DNA of 64,000 nucleotides from Macrostomum hystrix (GCA_950097015.1 CATNEN010000001.1:18848001-18912000); one strand, 5' to 3'; positions 1 to 20,695 are shown, counted from the first letter of the stretch. Program-made: numbers and translations. The notes: generated by a model from the sequence alone, not told the origin.

Positions 1-1878
1 GAACGCACCTTCCGCGAGGGGCTCCCACAAGGCAGCGTCCTGGCCCCGCTGCTATGGCTGGTTTACATCAATGACCTACCAGACACCATCCACGCCGCTT
101 CACCGGACACGAGTGTGAGCCTTTACGCCGACGACAGCGCGATACTCGCTACCAAGGAAAAACTTCAAGAATGCAAGAACATCCTGCAACCGGCTCTGGA
201 CGCCATCGCCGGGTGGTGTAAGAGATGGAAAGTCGAGCTCAGCACCGCGAAGTGCAGTTACAGCACCTTCACGTTATCCCCGGCCGAAAACAGAGGCAAG
301 AAAAGACTCGACCTCAACATCAACGGAGACCCACTGCGGTTCGAGGCGAACCCGACCTTCCTAGGGGTCAAATTCGACGACCACCTCGGTTTCGGAGAGC
401 ATGCCAAGGATGTCAGACGGAAAATGGCAGCTAGACGCCGACCGATCCAGATGCTCGCAGACAGACAAACAGGCGCCGACCAGAAAACACTGCGTGCAGC
501 CTACATCGCAACCTGCCGCTCTATTGCGGACTACGGCAGTGCCATTTGGTTAACGAGCGCAGCACCAAGCAACCGGGCACTTGTGGAGAGGCAGCAGAAC
601 GCGTGTGCACGCCTAATCACCGGCTGCGTGATGCCCTCTCGGACGGACAAACTGCTGGCCGTCGCCAACCTGCCGCCCCTCCACCACATCGCCGCGGAAA
701 GAGCTAGCAACCTCCGCGAGAGGATGGCCAGACTACCGGCCGACATCCCAGCGCACCAAGCAGCAACCGCGAACGAGCGACCAAGACTCAAAAACCGGAC
801 CTACGAAGCCGCAATGAAGAACCGGGCCAACGACGGCCAGCGCGGGGAACGCATCCCGGACGCGCTCTCGGATGCCAACCGCCCGTACCGCGCCTGCTGG
901 CGCCGCATCGCGCAAGAGCTGGAATGCAGCACCACGCTTGAGGCCCACCCAAGAGCACCAACGGCAATCGGCCCAGCACCTTGGACCATCAGCAGAAGCC
1001 TAGAAGTCCGCTTCGACACATCGGCCGCCAAAGAAGCAACCCGACAAATGCCAGCAGAACTTCGCGCCGCCCTCGCCGAACCAACCGTGTCCCGTCTCAC
1101 GGAGCACGTCATCTGGACCGACGGCTCGGTACAGGACGGTTGCAGAAACGGCGGGGGAGCAGCAGTCGCACAATGGCTTCCACCAGAGGCAGCCCGCATG
1201 TCTGCGGCGGGCGCTCTATGCAGCAGCTTCACGGCCGAACTCACCGCTATCCGAGAGGGCCTCCGCCTCTGCAACACCGCGGCAGACAGACCCCCGGACA
1301 TCACCATCGCCACCGACAGCCTGAGCGCCATCACGACCCTGAGCGCCGGGCCACTTAGGCAGAGGGACTCAGTAGCAGCCGACTGCTGGCAGCTCATTCT
1401 GGACCTGATCGAGCTAGGCACCAAGATTGGCTTCTGCTGGGTTCCGGCCCACTGCGGTATTACCGGCAACGAGGCCGCCGATCAGGCGGCGGCCAGGGCG
1501 GCAAAACTAGACCAAAGTCAGGTCCCGATCCAGTTGGACGCCGCCAGAGCAGCCACCCGACGCTGCCGGCGCGCCCTGGATATCATAGCAGTCGGCCCTT
1601 TCTGGAGCCCGCCCCAGGGTCTGCCGCGGAAGCAACAGGTCCTGGTCAACCAACTTCGCGCGGGCGCCAGCATGGTCGATAGAAAGACCCGCTACCGTCT
1701 CGGTGTCGACGCGTCCCCGCTGTGTCCCGATTGCGGCGAGGTGGACAGTGTCGACCACGTCGTCCTCCACTGTCCAAGAGGCGACCGCCACCGAGCCCTA
1801 CGCGGAATCCCGGCCGAGAACTTGATGGAGAACCCGGCCGCGGTCGTCGAGCTCCTGCGCAGTATGGGGCGCCTCTAG
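1..1878 (+). CDS. LINE ORF2 (reverse transcriptase-RNase H), 5' end outside the window
   Basis: Uninterrupted frame of more than 620 codons with QGS and YADD RT motifs and RNase H catalytic residues. Confidence 0.92.
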   Translation, partial: ERTFREGLPQGSVLAPLLWLVYINDLPDTIHAASPDTSVSLYADDSAILATKEKLQECKNILQPALDAIAGWCKRWKVELSTAKCSYSTFTLSPAENRGKKRLDLNINGDPLRFEANPTFLGVKFDDHLGFGEHAKDVRRKMAARRRPIQMLADRQTGADQKTLRAAYIATCRSIADYGSAIWLTSAAPSNRALVERQQNACARLITGCVMPSRTDKLLAVANLPPLHHIAAERASNLRERMARLPADIPAHQAATANERPRLKNRTYEAAMKNRANDGQRGERIPDALSDANRPYRACWRRIAQELECSTTLEAHPRAPTAIGPAPWTISRSLEVRFDTSAAKEATRQMPAELRAALAEPTVSRLTEHVIWTDGSVQDGCRNGGGAAVAQWLPPEAARMSAAGALCSSFTAELTAIREGLRLCNTAADRPPDITIATDSLSAITTLSAGPLRQRDSVAADCWQLILDLIELGTKIGFCWVPAHCGITGNEAADQAAARAAKLDQSQVPIQLDAARAATRRCRRALDIIAVGPFWSPPQGLPRKQQVLVNQLRAGASMVDRKTRYRLGVDASPLCPDCGEVDSVDHVVLHCPRGDRHRALRGIPAENLMENPAAVVELLRSMGRL

Positions 1879-1941
1879 CGCCCCCGCCCTTATCGGTACT
1901 CCGGATCGGGCGCGCCCTGGAAACGAAAGAAAGAAAGAAAG
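1..1941 (+). mobile_element. 3' half of a non-LTR retrotransposon (I group, Ingi/I-like) with RT, RNase H and C-terminal CCHC; short 3' UTR ending in a (GAAA)n tail
   Basis: Frame 1 is open from base 1 (GLPQGSVLAPLLW...YADD). RNase H motifs WTDGS, AEL, ATDS and WVPAHCGITGNEAAD are present, as is C-terminal CPDC...H...HC. Stop at 1876-1878, then a GC-rich UTR and gaaagaaagaaagaaag at about 1925-1941. Confidence 0.93.
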
Positions 1942-2039
1942 CTAGATAAATGTCGGTGACCACCAAAGTCGGAGATGATGCAGCCACATTCGGGTGACAT
2001 GCTGATTAAGTTCGAAGGCCTGGCAAGGCCGCACTGAGG

Positions 2040-2250
2040 CATGGTGCAAATTTGTGTATTGGGGTGTATGAAATACACTAGCTCTTACGGGAAAAATCGG
2101 ACAGGCTTCGGCCAGAACCATTGAATATCTCGACGGTCTGAAGAGCTGGCGACTTGATTCTTGTTTCCGAAGATGTGCAACAAAAAGTTGGCCCGTGTTC
2201 TTGAGTTTCGTGTGCTTGCGCTGCTCCGTTCGGTTGCAGCACATAAAATT
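2040..2250 (+). pseudogene. Possible decayed BEL/Pao integrase C-terminal remnant
   Basis: Broken translation LLREKSDRLRPEPLNISTV*RAGDLILVSEDVQQK/SWP resembles the BEL-type 'LRER...GDLVLVKED...WP' segment. The match is weak. Confidence 0.25.
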
Positions 2251-2891
2251 GTAGGGATTCCACCTTGGTATAAAAAACTGGGGCAAAATGGCTTGCTAAG
2301 TCCTACTGTTAAGTAGTAAGTAGTGAGTTTTATACAAAATGTAAAACTAATGAAACGCTGATGTGCACAGAAGATCAAGCCAAAAGCAAGCGCATTCAAT
2401 CGAGAGGATGCTAGTTAATCCGGCCTCCGATAGTAGCCAATCCACTCTCCATCTGCTCTGTATTAGCGAATGCGGAAAATGAAGACTAATGGCGCATTGG
2501 TAAACAGACGAATTGAAAGAGCAAAACTAGCCCCCACATTCAGCTGCATAGAGAGCTCGAAATGCTGTTTTGTGACCTGTTCAAACATTTTGTCAGCTGG
2601 CTTTTGTGTTGAACAAATTCAAATCCAAATGCCGAGACTATTGATCACATTTTTAACCATAAAATGAAGCCAATAATTCAATATTTGCTGCTTGAATCAC
2701 AGACTCAAATCGGTGCAGCGCCAGTTGCATGTTTGACTAACATTTCTGGCCTGGAGTTAGAGCTTTTGACAATGACGGCTTTGAGAATGCTGCTAGACGG
2801 CTTGAGAACTGGATCGATATTCCTGAATAACTCTTTAACATTTGGTGCAGTCAAAACACAGTTAAAGCCTTCGGTGGTTGGTCCTTCTGCG

Positions 2892-3400
2892 CTTGAGTCT
2901 TTTATAATAAGTCAATCTGTCCTTGAGTCTTTTATAATAAGTCAATCTGTCCTTGAGTCTTTTATAATAAATCAATCTGTCCTTGAGTCTTTTATAATAA
3001 GTCAATCTGTCCTTGAGTCTGTTATAATAAGTCAATCTGTCCTTGAGTCTTTTATAATAAGTCAATCTGTCCTTGAGTCTTTACTGAGTCATTCTGTCCT
3101 TGAGTCTTTAATGAGTCATTATGTCCTTGAGTCTTTGTTAGTCCATTCTGTCCTTGAGTCTTTGTTAGTTCATTCTGTCCTTGAGTCTTTAATGAGTCAT
3201 TCTGTCCTTGAGTCATTGTTAGTTCATTCTGTCCTTGAGTCTTTGTTAGTTCATTTTGTCCTTGAGTCTTTGTTAGTCCATTCTGTCCTTGAGTCTTTGT
3301 TAGTTCATTCTGTCCTTGAGTCTTTTGTGAGTTATTCTGTCATTGAGTCATTTTTAGTTCATTCTGTCCTTGAGTCTTTGTTGGTTCATTCTGTCCTTGA
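2892..3400. repeat. Minisatellite, 30-bp unit grading into a 27-bp unit (ctgtccttgagtcttt...)
   Basis: Tandem copies visible directly. Confidence 0.95.
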
Positions 3401-3971
3401 GAATTGGATGGGTGAATAAAATCTATTTCATCACACTTCCTACTAGCTCATCTCTCTTAGATGAGAACTCTGAATTAAATTCTGCCAGTTGGCACAGACA
3501 GCTACTTAAAAGAGATATGAGAGCAGTTCTCGCTTCTACAGAGTGGATTCCAAACGGATTCATCTTCACACCGACCGTGGGATTTCAGTGCCTGGACATT
3601 GGGGTAGATTAAATTCTGTACCCAGCATTTGCGCTTACTCCTATAGGCGTCAAGCATGAGCCCACTCGATCCCACTCGATATTTGTTCTCAGCCTCTGGG
3701 GATCTGACCATTCTCTCACCCTCCCTCACTCGTACAGATTAATCATTCTCCTCACTCGACAGTCAGTGAAAACTGCATTTTCTGTTTTTTTTTCCTCGAA
3801 TGAAAAATCCTAGCGCGAGTGCAGTTTGGGGAAAATCAACAAAAGCAAATGGCCGACTATCGCTCAAAAATGTCCATTATTCATGGCCAATATCTTTCTC
3901 AGGTGCTTTTCTGAGTACTACGTTGGATTATTTAATAAGGCTCCTAATTTCTTTGTACTTTTATGGGCACT

Positions 3972-4270
3972 CCCTTATCCTCTCTGCCATTATCCTCTCT
4001 CCCCTTATCCTCTCTCCCCTTTTCCTCTCTCCCCTTATCCTCTCTCCCCTTTTCCTCTCTCCCCTTGCTCTCTCTCCCTTATCCTCTCTCCCCTTTTCCT
4101 CTCTCCCCTTGCTCTCTCTCCCTTATCCTCTCTCCCCTTATACTCTACCATTATACTCTCTCCCCTTATCGATTCTCCCCTTATCCTCTCTACCATTATA
4201 CTATTTTACCCTTATCCTCCCTGCCATTATCTTCTCTCGCATTTTCCTTTCTGCCATTAGCCTCTCTCCT
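3972..4270. repeat. Pyrimidine-rich 15-bp minisatellite (cccttatcctctctc)
   Basis: Tandem copies visible directly. Confidence 0.9.
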
Positions 4271-4559
4271 CTTTTCCGCTCTCCCATTATCCACTCTCTC
4301 CTCTTCTCGAAATCTCGATACCTGTCTCCGTCTTCTGTACTCCACTTCTGTTCTTCCCTTGTTGCAATGCCCTCTGCCCCAGAGTGAATCATGCGGGTTG
4401 CAATTGCTACTTCAGGGGCCAATAAAAGAGAGAATTTGTTTATTAAGAAAGGTAATTTCAAGATTGCAAGATTAATAACGATTTATAGGGCTTCATTTGT
4501 TGAGAATACTGTGCTCAATCGTTTCACAAATTGCTTTTTTTATCTTCAAGAATTAGAAA

Positions 4560-5290
4560 GCAGCCCGAAAGCAGCACCGAGCGCACTGATCGAAAGGCAG
4601 CCCGGGCCTTGCCGCGCCGTCTCGCCAAATCGTCGCTCACGTCCGGCGCTAGTCCGCCGAAATAAACGAACTGGCGGCACCTCGGAAGCGGGTTCCCGTG
4701 GCCGCTGACATCCCGGAGCAGAATCTCGGCCGGGAGATTGTGCGGCACAGTCAGCACCTCGGTCTTCTGCGCGTTCACGATGAGACCGACTCTCGCCGCC
4801 GCCTTTGTCAGGCCATCCAGCAGCCGTTGGACGCCTTCGACCGTCTTGGACAGCAGCGCGATATCGTCTGCGTAGCCGAGAGCGCAGAGCCTCTGCAGAT
4901 GGCAGCCCGGTCCGAAGCACCGAGTCCATCACTAGTACGAAGAGAAAAGGCGTCAGCGTGTCTTCCTGGCGTCACTACCGCAGCGGACCCCTTCTGTTCG
5001 TACCACAGGCACGGGTCCAGCACAGGCTGTAACCGTGCTAAAAGCATGCTGTTGAACAGCTTCGCAGCACAAGCTAAATCCCGCGTTTTTCCTCCATCCG
5101 TGTGGTGCCCGGCTTCTTCGGGATTCCGACGATGTGGGGCGCAGGCGCAGAAACTCCTGCCAAGACGCTGTTCATCACGCGGGCCACCTCAGTGGCGACC
5201 CTCAAGACTCTTAACGCCTCGACGGCACTTCTTCAGGGCTGGGGGCGCGACCTCCCGGCATTCTGCGAGCGAACACCACAACGTCATTGC
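4560..5290 (-). pseudogene. Decayed, internally deleted RTE-like LINE reverse transcriptase fragment
   Basis: Minus-strand pieces across frameshifts: IVGIPKKPG..RGI*L, AAKLFNSMLLARLQPVLDP..EQKG, QEDTLTPFLFVLVMDSVLR, and LGYADDIALLSKTVEGVQRLLD..VGLIVNAQKTE..FVYFG. Confidence 0.85.
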
Positions 5291-5297
5291 CGGTGAA

Positions 5298-5618
5298 AGA
5301 GGGAGCGAGTTGGAGAGAAGAGGGAGAGAGGGGGAGAGAAGAGGGAGAGAGGGGGAGAGAAGAGGGAGAGAGGGGGAGAGAAGAGGGAGAGAGGGGGAGA
5401 GAAGAGGGAGAGAGGGGGAGAGAAGAGGGAGAGAGGGGGAGAGAAGAGGGAGAGAGGGGGAGAGAAGAGGGAGCGAGTTGGAGAGAAGAGGGAGAGAGGG
5501 GGATAGAAGAAGGAGAGAGGGGGAGAGAAGAGGGAGCGAGTTGGAGAGAAGAGGGAGAGAGGGGGAGAGAAGAAGGAGAGAGGGGGATAGAAGAGGGAGA
5601 GAGGGGGAGAGAAGAGGG
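5298..5618. repeat. Purine-rich 21-bp minisatellite
   Basis: Tandem agagggagagagggggagaga. Confidence 0.95.
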
Positions 5619-6339
5619 AAGTCAGTTGTGTCTCAATCCATGAGGCCACTAGCACAGGTGATTTGTGCATATTCTAGATAATATGCTGTATAAACTAACA
5701 GACTACTCGTATTATAAAGACAGTTGACAAATTACGAAGCCATGCTTAATGAGGTCACCCTGCCTCCGTTGTTAGGTTGGGCAATTTTTAAACAAATGAG
5801 CAGAAGACTAGGAGACAAAGAGCGAGCAATCCCTTTTTTGGTTTATTAATAAGAGTGGGCAGTGCTAGGAGCAGGGCCATTGTAGTAATCCATGCCTGAT
5901 CCCATAGCTGTGTGGGATTTTTGTTGCATAAGCGCTACACTGGGAAGTGAGTATGTGGACTAAAGCTATTAAATTATTTTACAACCCAATAGCTCCGCGC
6001 CTTGCTGCTAAAAGGACTGGATATTCTCTGTTGCATTTACTCATTTTAGCTGGCGTGCTCATGTACATGCTCTAATCATGTTTTCTGCGTAGGATTTTAT
6101 AACCTCCGTTTGCTGCTCAGAATGGAAGCCACACTATGAAAAAATATTTTTGGCTGCGTTTGAAATGCGCTGAGAATTTTATGATATGACCGACTCAACA
6201 CCTGGGAGTCATGGATTAAAGGTCACATTAAATCTCACTTCACATACTAGAGTACCAAAAAGCCTACATCTATTAACTGCTCTAGATGAAGGTCACATGA
6301 CACTCTCACTTAATAATTAAATAATAAATTGATTATAAT

Positions 6340-6631
6340 TTGGTGACACTTGACCTGCAGCCAGCGAGGGAGCAATTCTGCCCATTTCGCTGACTCCTGA
6401 GCACACACGCACACACAGATACTGTACAGGTGTGTACATCCGCCCTGACTTTATCATCATTGGCAGTGTACACTCTCATTGTGTCTTGGAGGTTGGTCCT
6501 CAAAGGTGTAAATTGAACGACAAGCCCCCAAGCCTTCTCTCCGCGGCTGCGCCCCAAATTAATGTGGCCTCGCCGTGGAATCAAGTTCAGTAACATTGGT
6601 GCGAGAGGCAAACGCTGCCACTGACTCCCCA
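6340..6631 (-). mobile_element. tRNA-derived SINE, copy 1
   Basis: Its reverse complement aligns along its length with 13189-13460 (head ...gcctctcgc...gattcc..gcgaggccacattaattt; body gagagtgtacactgcc...aaagtcagggc.gatgtacacacctgt). Confidence 0.85.
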
Positions 6632-7250
6632 ACCTCCATCACTCTTACAATAAAGGTCAAATGAGCTCCTCAAAATTAGCATGGAGTTCAAATGCCCCAT
6701 GTGCTCACTGACTATCGAGTAGGCGAATCAATGAGCCCCTCAAACAGGAGAACGTCAATAAATTTTTTCGGCAATTTTCTGCAGCATTAGTCCAAGCACA
6801 TCATTGTACAATGGCCTAAATTGGTTGGGAATAGTTTTTGCACGCTAATTGGTGTCTAGAAATTAGTTTCAGTAATTTTTTTAGTCATCTTTCTTTCCGT
6901 CTATCGTTCACTTTAGCCTCTGGCCTGTAAAATGCTACCCTATTGGCAACGACCAATGTCCCCCAATCCCAGATCCCAGGCTTAGGTGAGGGGGGAAGAG
7001 AGTGAATCGGTCGGCACTCCCAGCAAATAAGGGGATAAATGCTTGGCGATTCCTACACGGGCAGGCGGGAGAATTGGGAACGAGTTTTCACAAGTTCTGC
7101 ACAGTGTTATTACTCGCACACAAAAATCCCCGTCAGACAGGGAGATGGGAAAATAATTTCACGGACAGTGTGACCTGTGCTTTAAAAGCTTTTTTGGTTG
7201 AAGATTCTCACGCCGACGGAATAGGCCGAAGACGATCAGCTTTCTAGGAA

Positions 7251-15288
<8,038 letters not shown>

Positions 15289-15386
15289 AACAACTTAGAT
15301 TCGTATTCGCTATATACTATATGCTACTATACTTTATTAAGTGTGTCTCTCATTTTCCATGGTTTCGTCGGCAAAAAATGGTTTCT

Positions 15387-16312
15387 TCTGATGAGAAGTT
15401 TAGACCGATGAGAAGAAGTAGACTGGTGAGAAGTAGACTCTGATGAGAAGTAGACTCTGATGAGAAGTAGACTCTGATGAGAAGTAGACTCTGATGAGAA
15501 GTAGACTCTGATGAGAAGTAGACTCTGATGAGAAGTAGACTCTGATAAGAAGTAGACTCTGATGAGAAGTAGACTCTGATGAGAAGTAGACTCTGATGAG
15601 AAGTAGACTCTGATGAGAAGTAGACTCTGATAAGAAGTAGACTCTGATGAGAAGTAGACTGATGAGAAGTAGACTCTGATGAGAAGTAGACTCTGATGAG
15701 AAGTAGACTGATGAGAAGTAGACTCTGATGAGAAGTAGACTCTGATGAGAAGTAGACTGATGAGAAGTAGACTCTGATGAGAAGTAGACTCTGATGAGAA
15801 GTAGACTCTGATGAGAAGTAGACTCTGATAAGAAGTAGACTCTGATAAGAAGTAGACTCTGATGAGAAGTAGACTGATGAAAAGTAGACTCTGATGAGAA
15901 GTAGACTCTAATGAGAAGTAGACTCTGATAAGAAGTAGACTCTGATAAGAAGTAGACTCTAATGAGAAGTAGACTCTGATGAGAAGTAGACTCTAATGAG
16001 AAGTAGACTCTGATGAGAAGTAGACTCTGATGAGAAGTAGACTCTGATGAGAAGTAGACTCTGATGAGAAGTAGACTGATGAGAAGTAGACTGATGAGAA
16101 GTAGACTCTGATGAGAAGTAGACTCTGATGAGAAGTAGACTCTGATGAGAAGTAGACTCTGATGAGAAGTAGACTGATGAGAAGTAGACTCTGATGAGAA
16201 GTAGACTCTGATGAGAAGTAGACTGATGAGAGGTAGACTCTGATGAGAAGTAGACTGATGAGAAGTAGACTGATGAGAAGTAGACTGTTGAGAAATAGAG
16301 TGTTGAGAAGTA
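15387..16312. repeat. 17-bp minisatellite (tgatgagaagtagactc) with 15-bp variants, downstream of the ERG stop
   Basis: Tandem copies visible directly. Confidence 0.96.
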
Positions 16313-16944
16313 TTAGTAGGAAAACAAGAAATGGTGTAACATTTTTACCTTTTTGCCACTTAACTTGAAAGTTTGCATATGCCTTTTAAGTATAGTTTTG
16401 TGTGCACTTTCACAGGAGCAAAAGTACTATAGATCTATCTTACTTCATTGAATTATCTTGTTGTTTTTGTAAATATGCGAAACTTAAGCTGTGCATCGAA
16501 AGACACTGCGAAATCAGAGCAAATATCTCTTTGTTTCAGAAAAATCGTGTGGACTCTATTATTACTACTCTTTAAACTGCTTGAGTAGTATGAAAAGAAA
16601 ACTAAAAAAATATATATCGTGAAACACTTTTCTCTTTAAGTAATTTGCTTCAAATCAAATTTAAATTAGGATGAAGTCATGGGAGGTAATTAGAAAATAT
16701 TTTTTGAATTGGAGCGAATATAAATTTTGATACTGAAACAAAAAAATACAAGAATGTATAGCAATAATCAAGCAAACTTTTATGAAGAGTTGCACCGTAA
16801 CCACAGAAGGCATTGTTTTTAGCATTGAATGCACCTTAACCACAGAAGGCATTGTTTTTAGCATTGAAAATAAACCATTCAATGATTGTGGGAGGGTAGA
16901 TTTAAAATAGAATTGGATTGAAAATAAAGTAATTGGGAGTATTA

Positions 16945-17190
16945 GAAGTTGAGAAGTAGACAGGAGAGGAGAGTGAGAAATAGATAGGAGAGGAGAGTGA
17001 GAAGTAGATAGGAGAGGAGAGTGAGAAATAGATAGGAAACGAGAGTGAGAAGTAGATAGGAGAGGAGAGTGAGAAGTAGATCGGAGACGAGAGTGAAAAG
17101 TACACATGAGAGGACAGTGAGAAATAGATAGGAGAGGAGAGTGAGAAATAGACAGGAGAGGAGAGTGAGAAGTAGATAGGAGAGATAAGA
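16945..17190. repeat. 24-bp purine-rich minisatellite downstream of the Gsx stop
   Basis: Tandem gagagtgagaagtagataggagag. Confidence 0.92.
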
Positions 17191-17288
17191 GATTGTAGAT
17201 ACTCAGTGTTGATGAAGTCAGGACGAATCGCAAAAGAATGCAGATCTGAGAGATCTGCAGATAAGATCCCAGATCCCACAGACACAGC

Positions 17289-18416
17289 TCAACTCTGCCT
17301 GGTCTGAGTTCGCCTCTTCAACTGGCAGCATCTGCACTCGCTGTTGGCTTCATCCGAGCCAACCTGTAGCTCCTTCTTGTGCCTCACCCGGCGGTTCTGG
17401 AACCAGATCTTCACCTGCTTCTCAGTCAAGTTTAACCTGTGAGCAATTTCAATTCGTCTAAGCCGCGACAGGTACATGCTGGATGCGAACTCAGACTCCA
17501 GTGATAGCAGCTGCTCACTGCTGAAGGCTGTTCTCAGCCGCTTTGGCGAATTGGTAGCCGCTGGACTGACGGCTGACATCAGACTGGACTCAGGTGGACT
17601 GGTCTCTGCTTGAGGCGGGCAAAACAGTTTTAAATCCCAACCAGCAAACTCAAAATCCCAACCCAGCCTACTCATAAATCCAACCAGCCTACTCAAAATC
17701 CTAACCCAGCCTACTCAAAATCACAACCAGCCTACTCAAAATCCCAAAAAGCCTACTCAAAATCCCAATCTAGACATCTTAAAATCCCAACAAGCCTACT
17801 CAAAATCCCAAACAAGCTTTCTCGAAATCCCAACTCAAAATCTCAGCAAGCCTACTAAAAATTCATAAAATCCTACTTGAAATCCCAACCCAATCTACGG
17901 AAAATCCCAAAAATCCCAATTAGCCTAGTCATAATCCCAAAATCCTAAACTAAATCCATTACATCGTCCTCTTAATCCCACAATCTGATTCTTAATCCCC
18001 CTAATCCCCTAATCGACATAGAAATGAATGATACAAAAATGATTTCCAAATTTCAAAGCCTCAGACTCACCATCATGTCGCATTGGCGATAAAATTCCAA
18101 CTTCAAGATCTCTTTTCGAAATCGATTCCAAAGCCTCTTGATTGCCCATAACTTGCTGCTGCTGCTGCAACTGGGGCGGCGGCAGAAGGTACGACGGCTG
18201 CAGGAATCTTCCACCTGGCAGTGGCAAGAAAGGCAACCCCATCAAGCAATGAGCCCGGAGCTGCTGCTGCTGCTGCGGCGTCAGCGGAGGAAGCAGTGGC
18301 GGCAGAACCGGAGCACCAAACGGTGGCCTGAGCATCGGCCTCAGGCCCAGTTTGGACTCCAGCAGGCTGTCAACTAGAAAGCTTCTGGATGAGGATGAGC
18401 TGCAGGACGATGTCAT
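17289..18416 (-). CDS. Gsx: ParaHox homeobox protein Gsx/Ind; exons 18416-18071 and 17605-17289
   Basis: N-terminal [10 protein letters not shown] motif. Homeodomain [57 protein letters not shown] carries the Gsx-diagnostic [12 protein letters not shown]. Phase-1 intron GTGAGT...CAG. Confidence 0.93.
17630..17990. repeat. Degenerate ~22-bp repeat (aaaatcccaaccagcctactc) filling the Gsx intron
   Basis: Imperfect tandem copies. Confidence 0.85.
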
Positions 18417-18699
18417 TTTTTAGGTGACTTTCTTTTGAATGAGAAACTTGTCAAATTATCTGTTTTAATAGATTACCTAATTCCATGGTTACAATATAGA
18501 GCACACATTTATGAATATTCACGCGAAACCAGCTGTTTGGACAGCCAATAAAATTATTTTAAAGATCAAACGGCAAACATAAGGCTGCCTTAATAGGCTC
18601 AGACAGGATCCTAAAAAAGACAATAGAGGACCAGGCTTAGACTTGGAGAGTGAAGAAGAGGATCCACTACAACAGACAGGTGAGGAATGTGGCAGGTCA

Positions 18700-19407
18700 G
18701 AAATGAGACACAGGATGAGAGATGAGATGGGAGAGATGAGACAGGGGAGAGATGAGACAGGGGAGAGATCAGACAGGGGAGAGATGAGACAGGGGAGAGA
18801 TGAGACACGGGGGAGATGAGACAGGGGAGAGATAAGACAGGGGGGAGATGAGACACGGGGGAGATGAGACACGGGGGAGATGAGACAGGGGAGAGATGAG
18901 ACACGGGGGAGATGAGACAGGGGAGAGATAAGACAGGGGAGAGATGAGACACGGGAGAGATGAGACACGGGGGAGATGAGACACGGGGGAGATGAGACAG
19001 GGGAGAGATGAGACACGGGGGAGATGAGACACGGGGGGAGATGAGACAAGGGGGAGATGAGACACGGGGGAGATGAGACACGGGGGAGATGAGACAGGGG
19101 AGAGATGAGACACGGGGGAGATGAGACAGGGGAGAGATAAGACAGGGGGGAGATGAGACACGGGGGAGATGAGACACGGGGGAGATGAGACAGGGGAGAG
19201 ATGAGACACGGGGGAGATGAGACAGGGGAGAGATAAGACAGGGGAGAGATGAGACAGGGGAGAGATGAAACAGGGGAGAGATCAGACAGGGGAGAGATGA
19301 GACACGGGGGAGATGAGACAGGGGAGAGATAAGACAGGGGAGAGATGAGACACTGGAGAGATGAGACACTGGAGAGATGAGAAAGAGGAGAGATGAGACA
19401 CGGGAGA
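18700..19407. repeat. 16-bp minisatellite (gagatgagacagggga) upstream of Gsx
   Basis: Tandem copies visible directly. Confidence 0.95.
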
Positions 19408-20685
19408 TAATTTAAGCTTTCTCAACAGCTTGACGACAGCCACAGCCACGCTATATGTTGCAATGCAATAAAACAGACATTGGTTTATTGTTTCACGCAG
19501 CTAAACAAAGGTAGCTATGCTTTGTCTCATAGCCTAGGTACCACCTGTCAAGCTATTGAATAAGTTTGCAAGCGAGTAACCTTTTCTAAAACTTTTGCAC
19601 AAGTATCAATTGCTTCTGTATTTTATTTTATTCTTCAAAAATAATAGAAACTATTTAACTAAAAGAGTCACAAAGGAAAACGCGAACAATGGGATTTATT
19701 TCTAAAATAGTCACTTCTTAAACGCTTTTTGTTTGCAGTTAATCTAAAAGATTTTTTCAACCATGAACTGTTTAGCAAATAAGTGAAGTTTCTTTCAATA
19801 ACTTACATATGATTGTTTTCAGGTTCTAAGGAAATTAAGTCGCTTTTTTAACAAAACTTTAAAACAAAAGCCTTTGTTTTTTCAGTGGCCAACAAAACAG
19901 CTGCTGCTGCTGCTGCTGCAACCTGCAAGTCACCCCTAAGTGACTGTTGAAAGGCTATTTATCAATTGGTGCTTCACTGTGCATTGTTAAGCAGTGTTAC
20001 AGAATCACTGTCAGTTGGTTATGGTGAATTCTTGATAAATATAATTTTCTTAAACAAAAAAATACGAAATAAAGTCGGTGACACTGACTGTTTCCAATAG
20101 CTGGGCATCTAGTTTGACCCTTAATTCTGGTATAGTTGATTTCATATCCGCAATTAGCTACTGAGTAGTAACATATAGTAGTGTCACAATGATCCGCATT
20201 TGTACAATAATAAAATAAATTGTCAATGCAATATAATCAACATTAATGGCCGACATGAATGAAATTTTCTAGCATAAAAATATGCCTAAATTGGTGGTTG
20301 GTGATTCGTTATCATTTTTTAAGACCTTGCCTTGTTGTTTATTGTCGTCAGACATTTAAATCAAACAAATAAAGAAAGCTTGTTTGTAAAGAAAAAACAA
20401 AGCGACAAACAAGGTGAAGAACATTTTTACGTGTCACAAACCTGCCACATTTGTTTACCATTTCAGCTGGGCAAGTCAAGCAAGGCGTCTCAAATTCTGC
20501 TAATATAGTTTTTTATAGTACGACTCGTAGTTGCTTTTTTGCTTGAGGTCAGACAACAAAAACCCAACATAGAGATTAGAGAGATATGCTACAATGGCAC
20601 AGTAATGCCACAGACTCAAGCCAGTTAAGGCAGTTTTACACAAGTCTCACATCTATGTGAGAACAGTAAGCAGACATTTCTCGTG

Positions 20686-20695
20686 TATATAAATA
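20686..20695 (+). promoter_or_regulatory. Candidate TATA box of the sHSP gene
   Basis: TATATAAATA about 90 bp upstream of the ATG at 20781. Confidence 0.45.

Noticed and set aside
2664-3419. 251-aa ORF
   Set aside because: It is mostly the 30/27-bp repeat, and the unique part has no recognisable domain.
15387-16312. CTGATGAG repeats as hammerhead ribozymes or C/D boxes
   Set aside because: There is no stem II followed by GAAA and no flanking helices; it is a 17-bp tandem repeat.
19421-19560. Short inverted repeat (tcaacagcttgac / gtcaagctattga) as a MITE
   Set aside because: Only about 13 bp with a mismatch, and no target-site duplication is visible.
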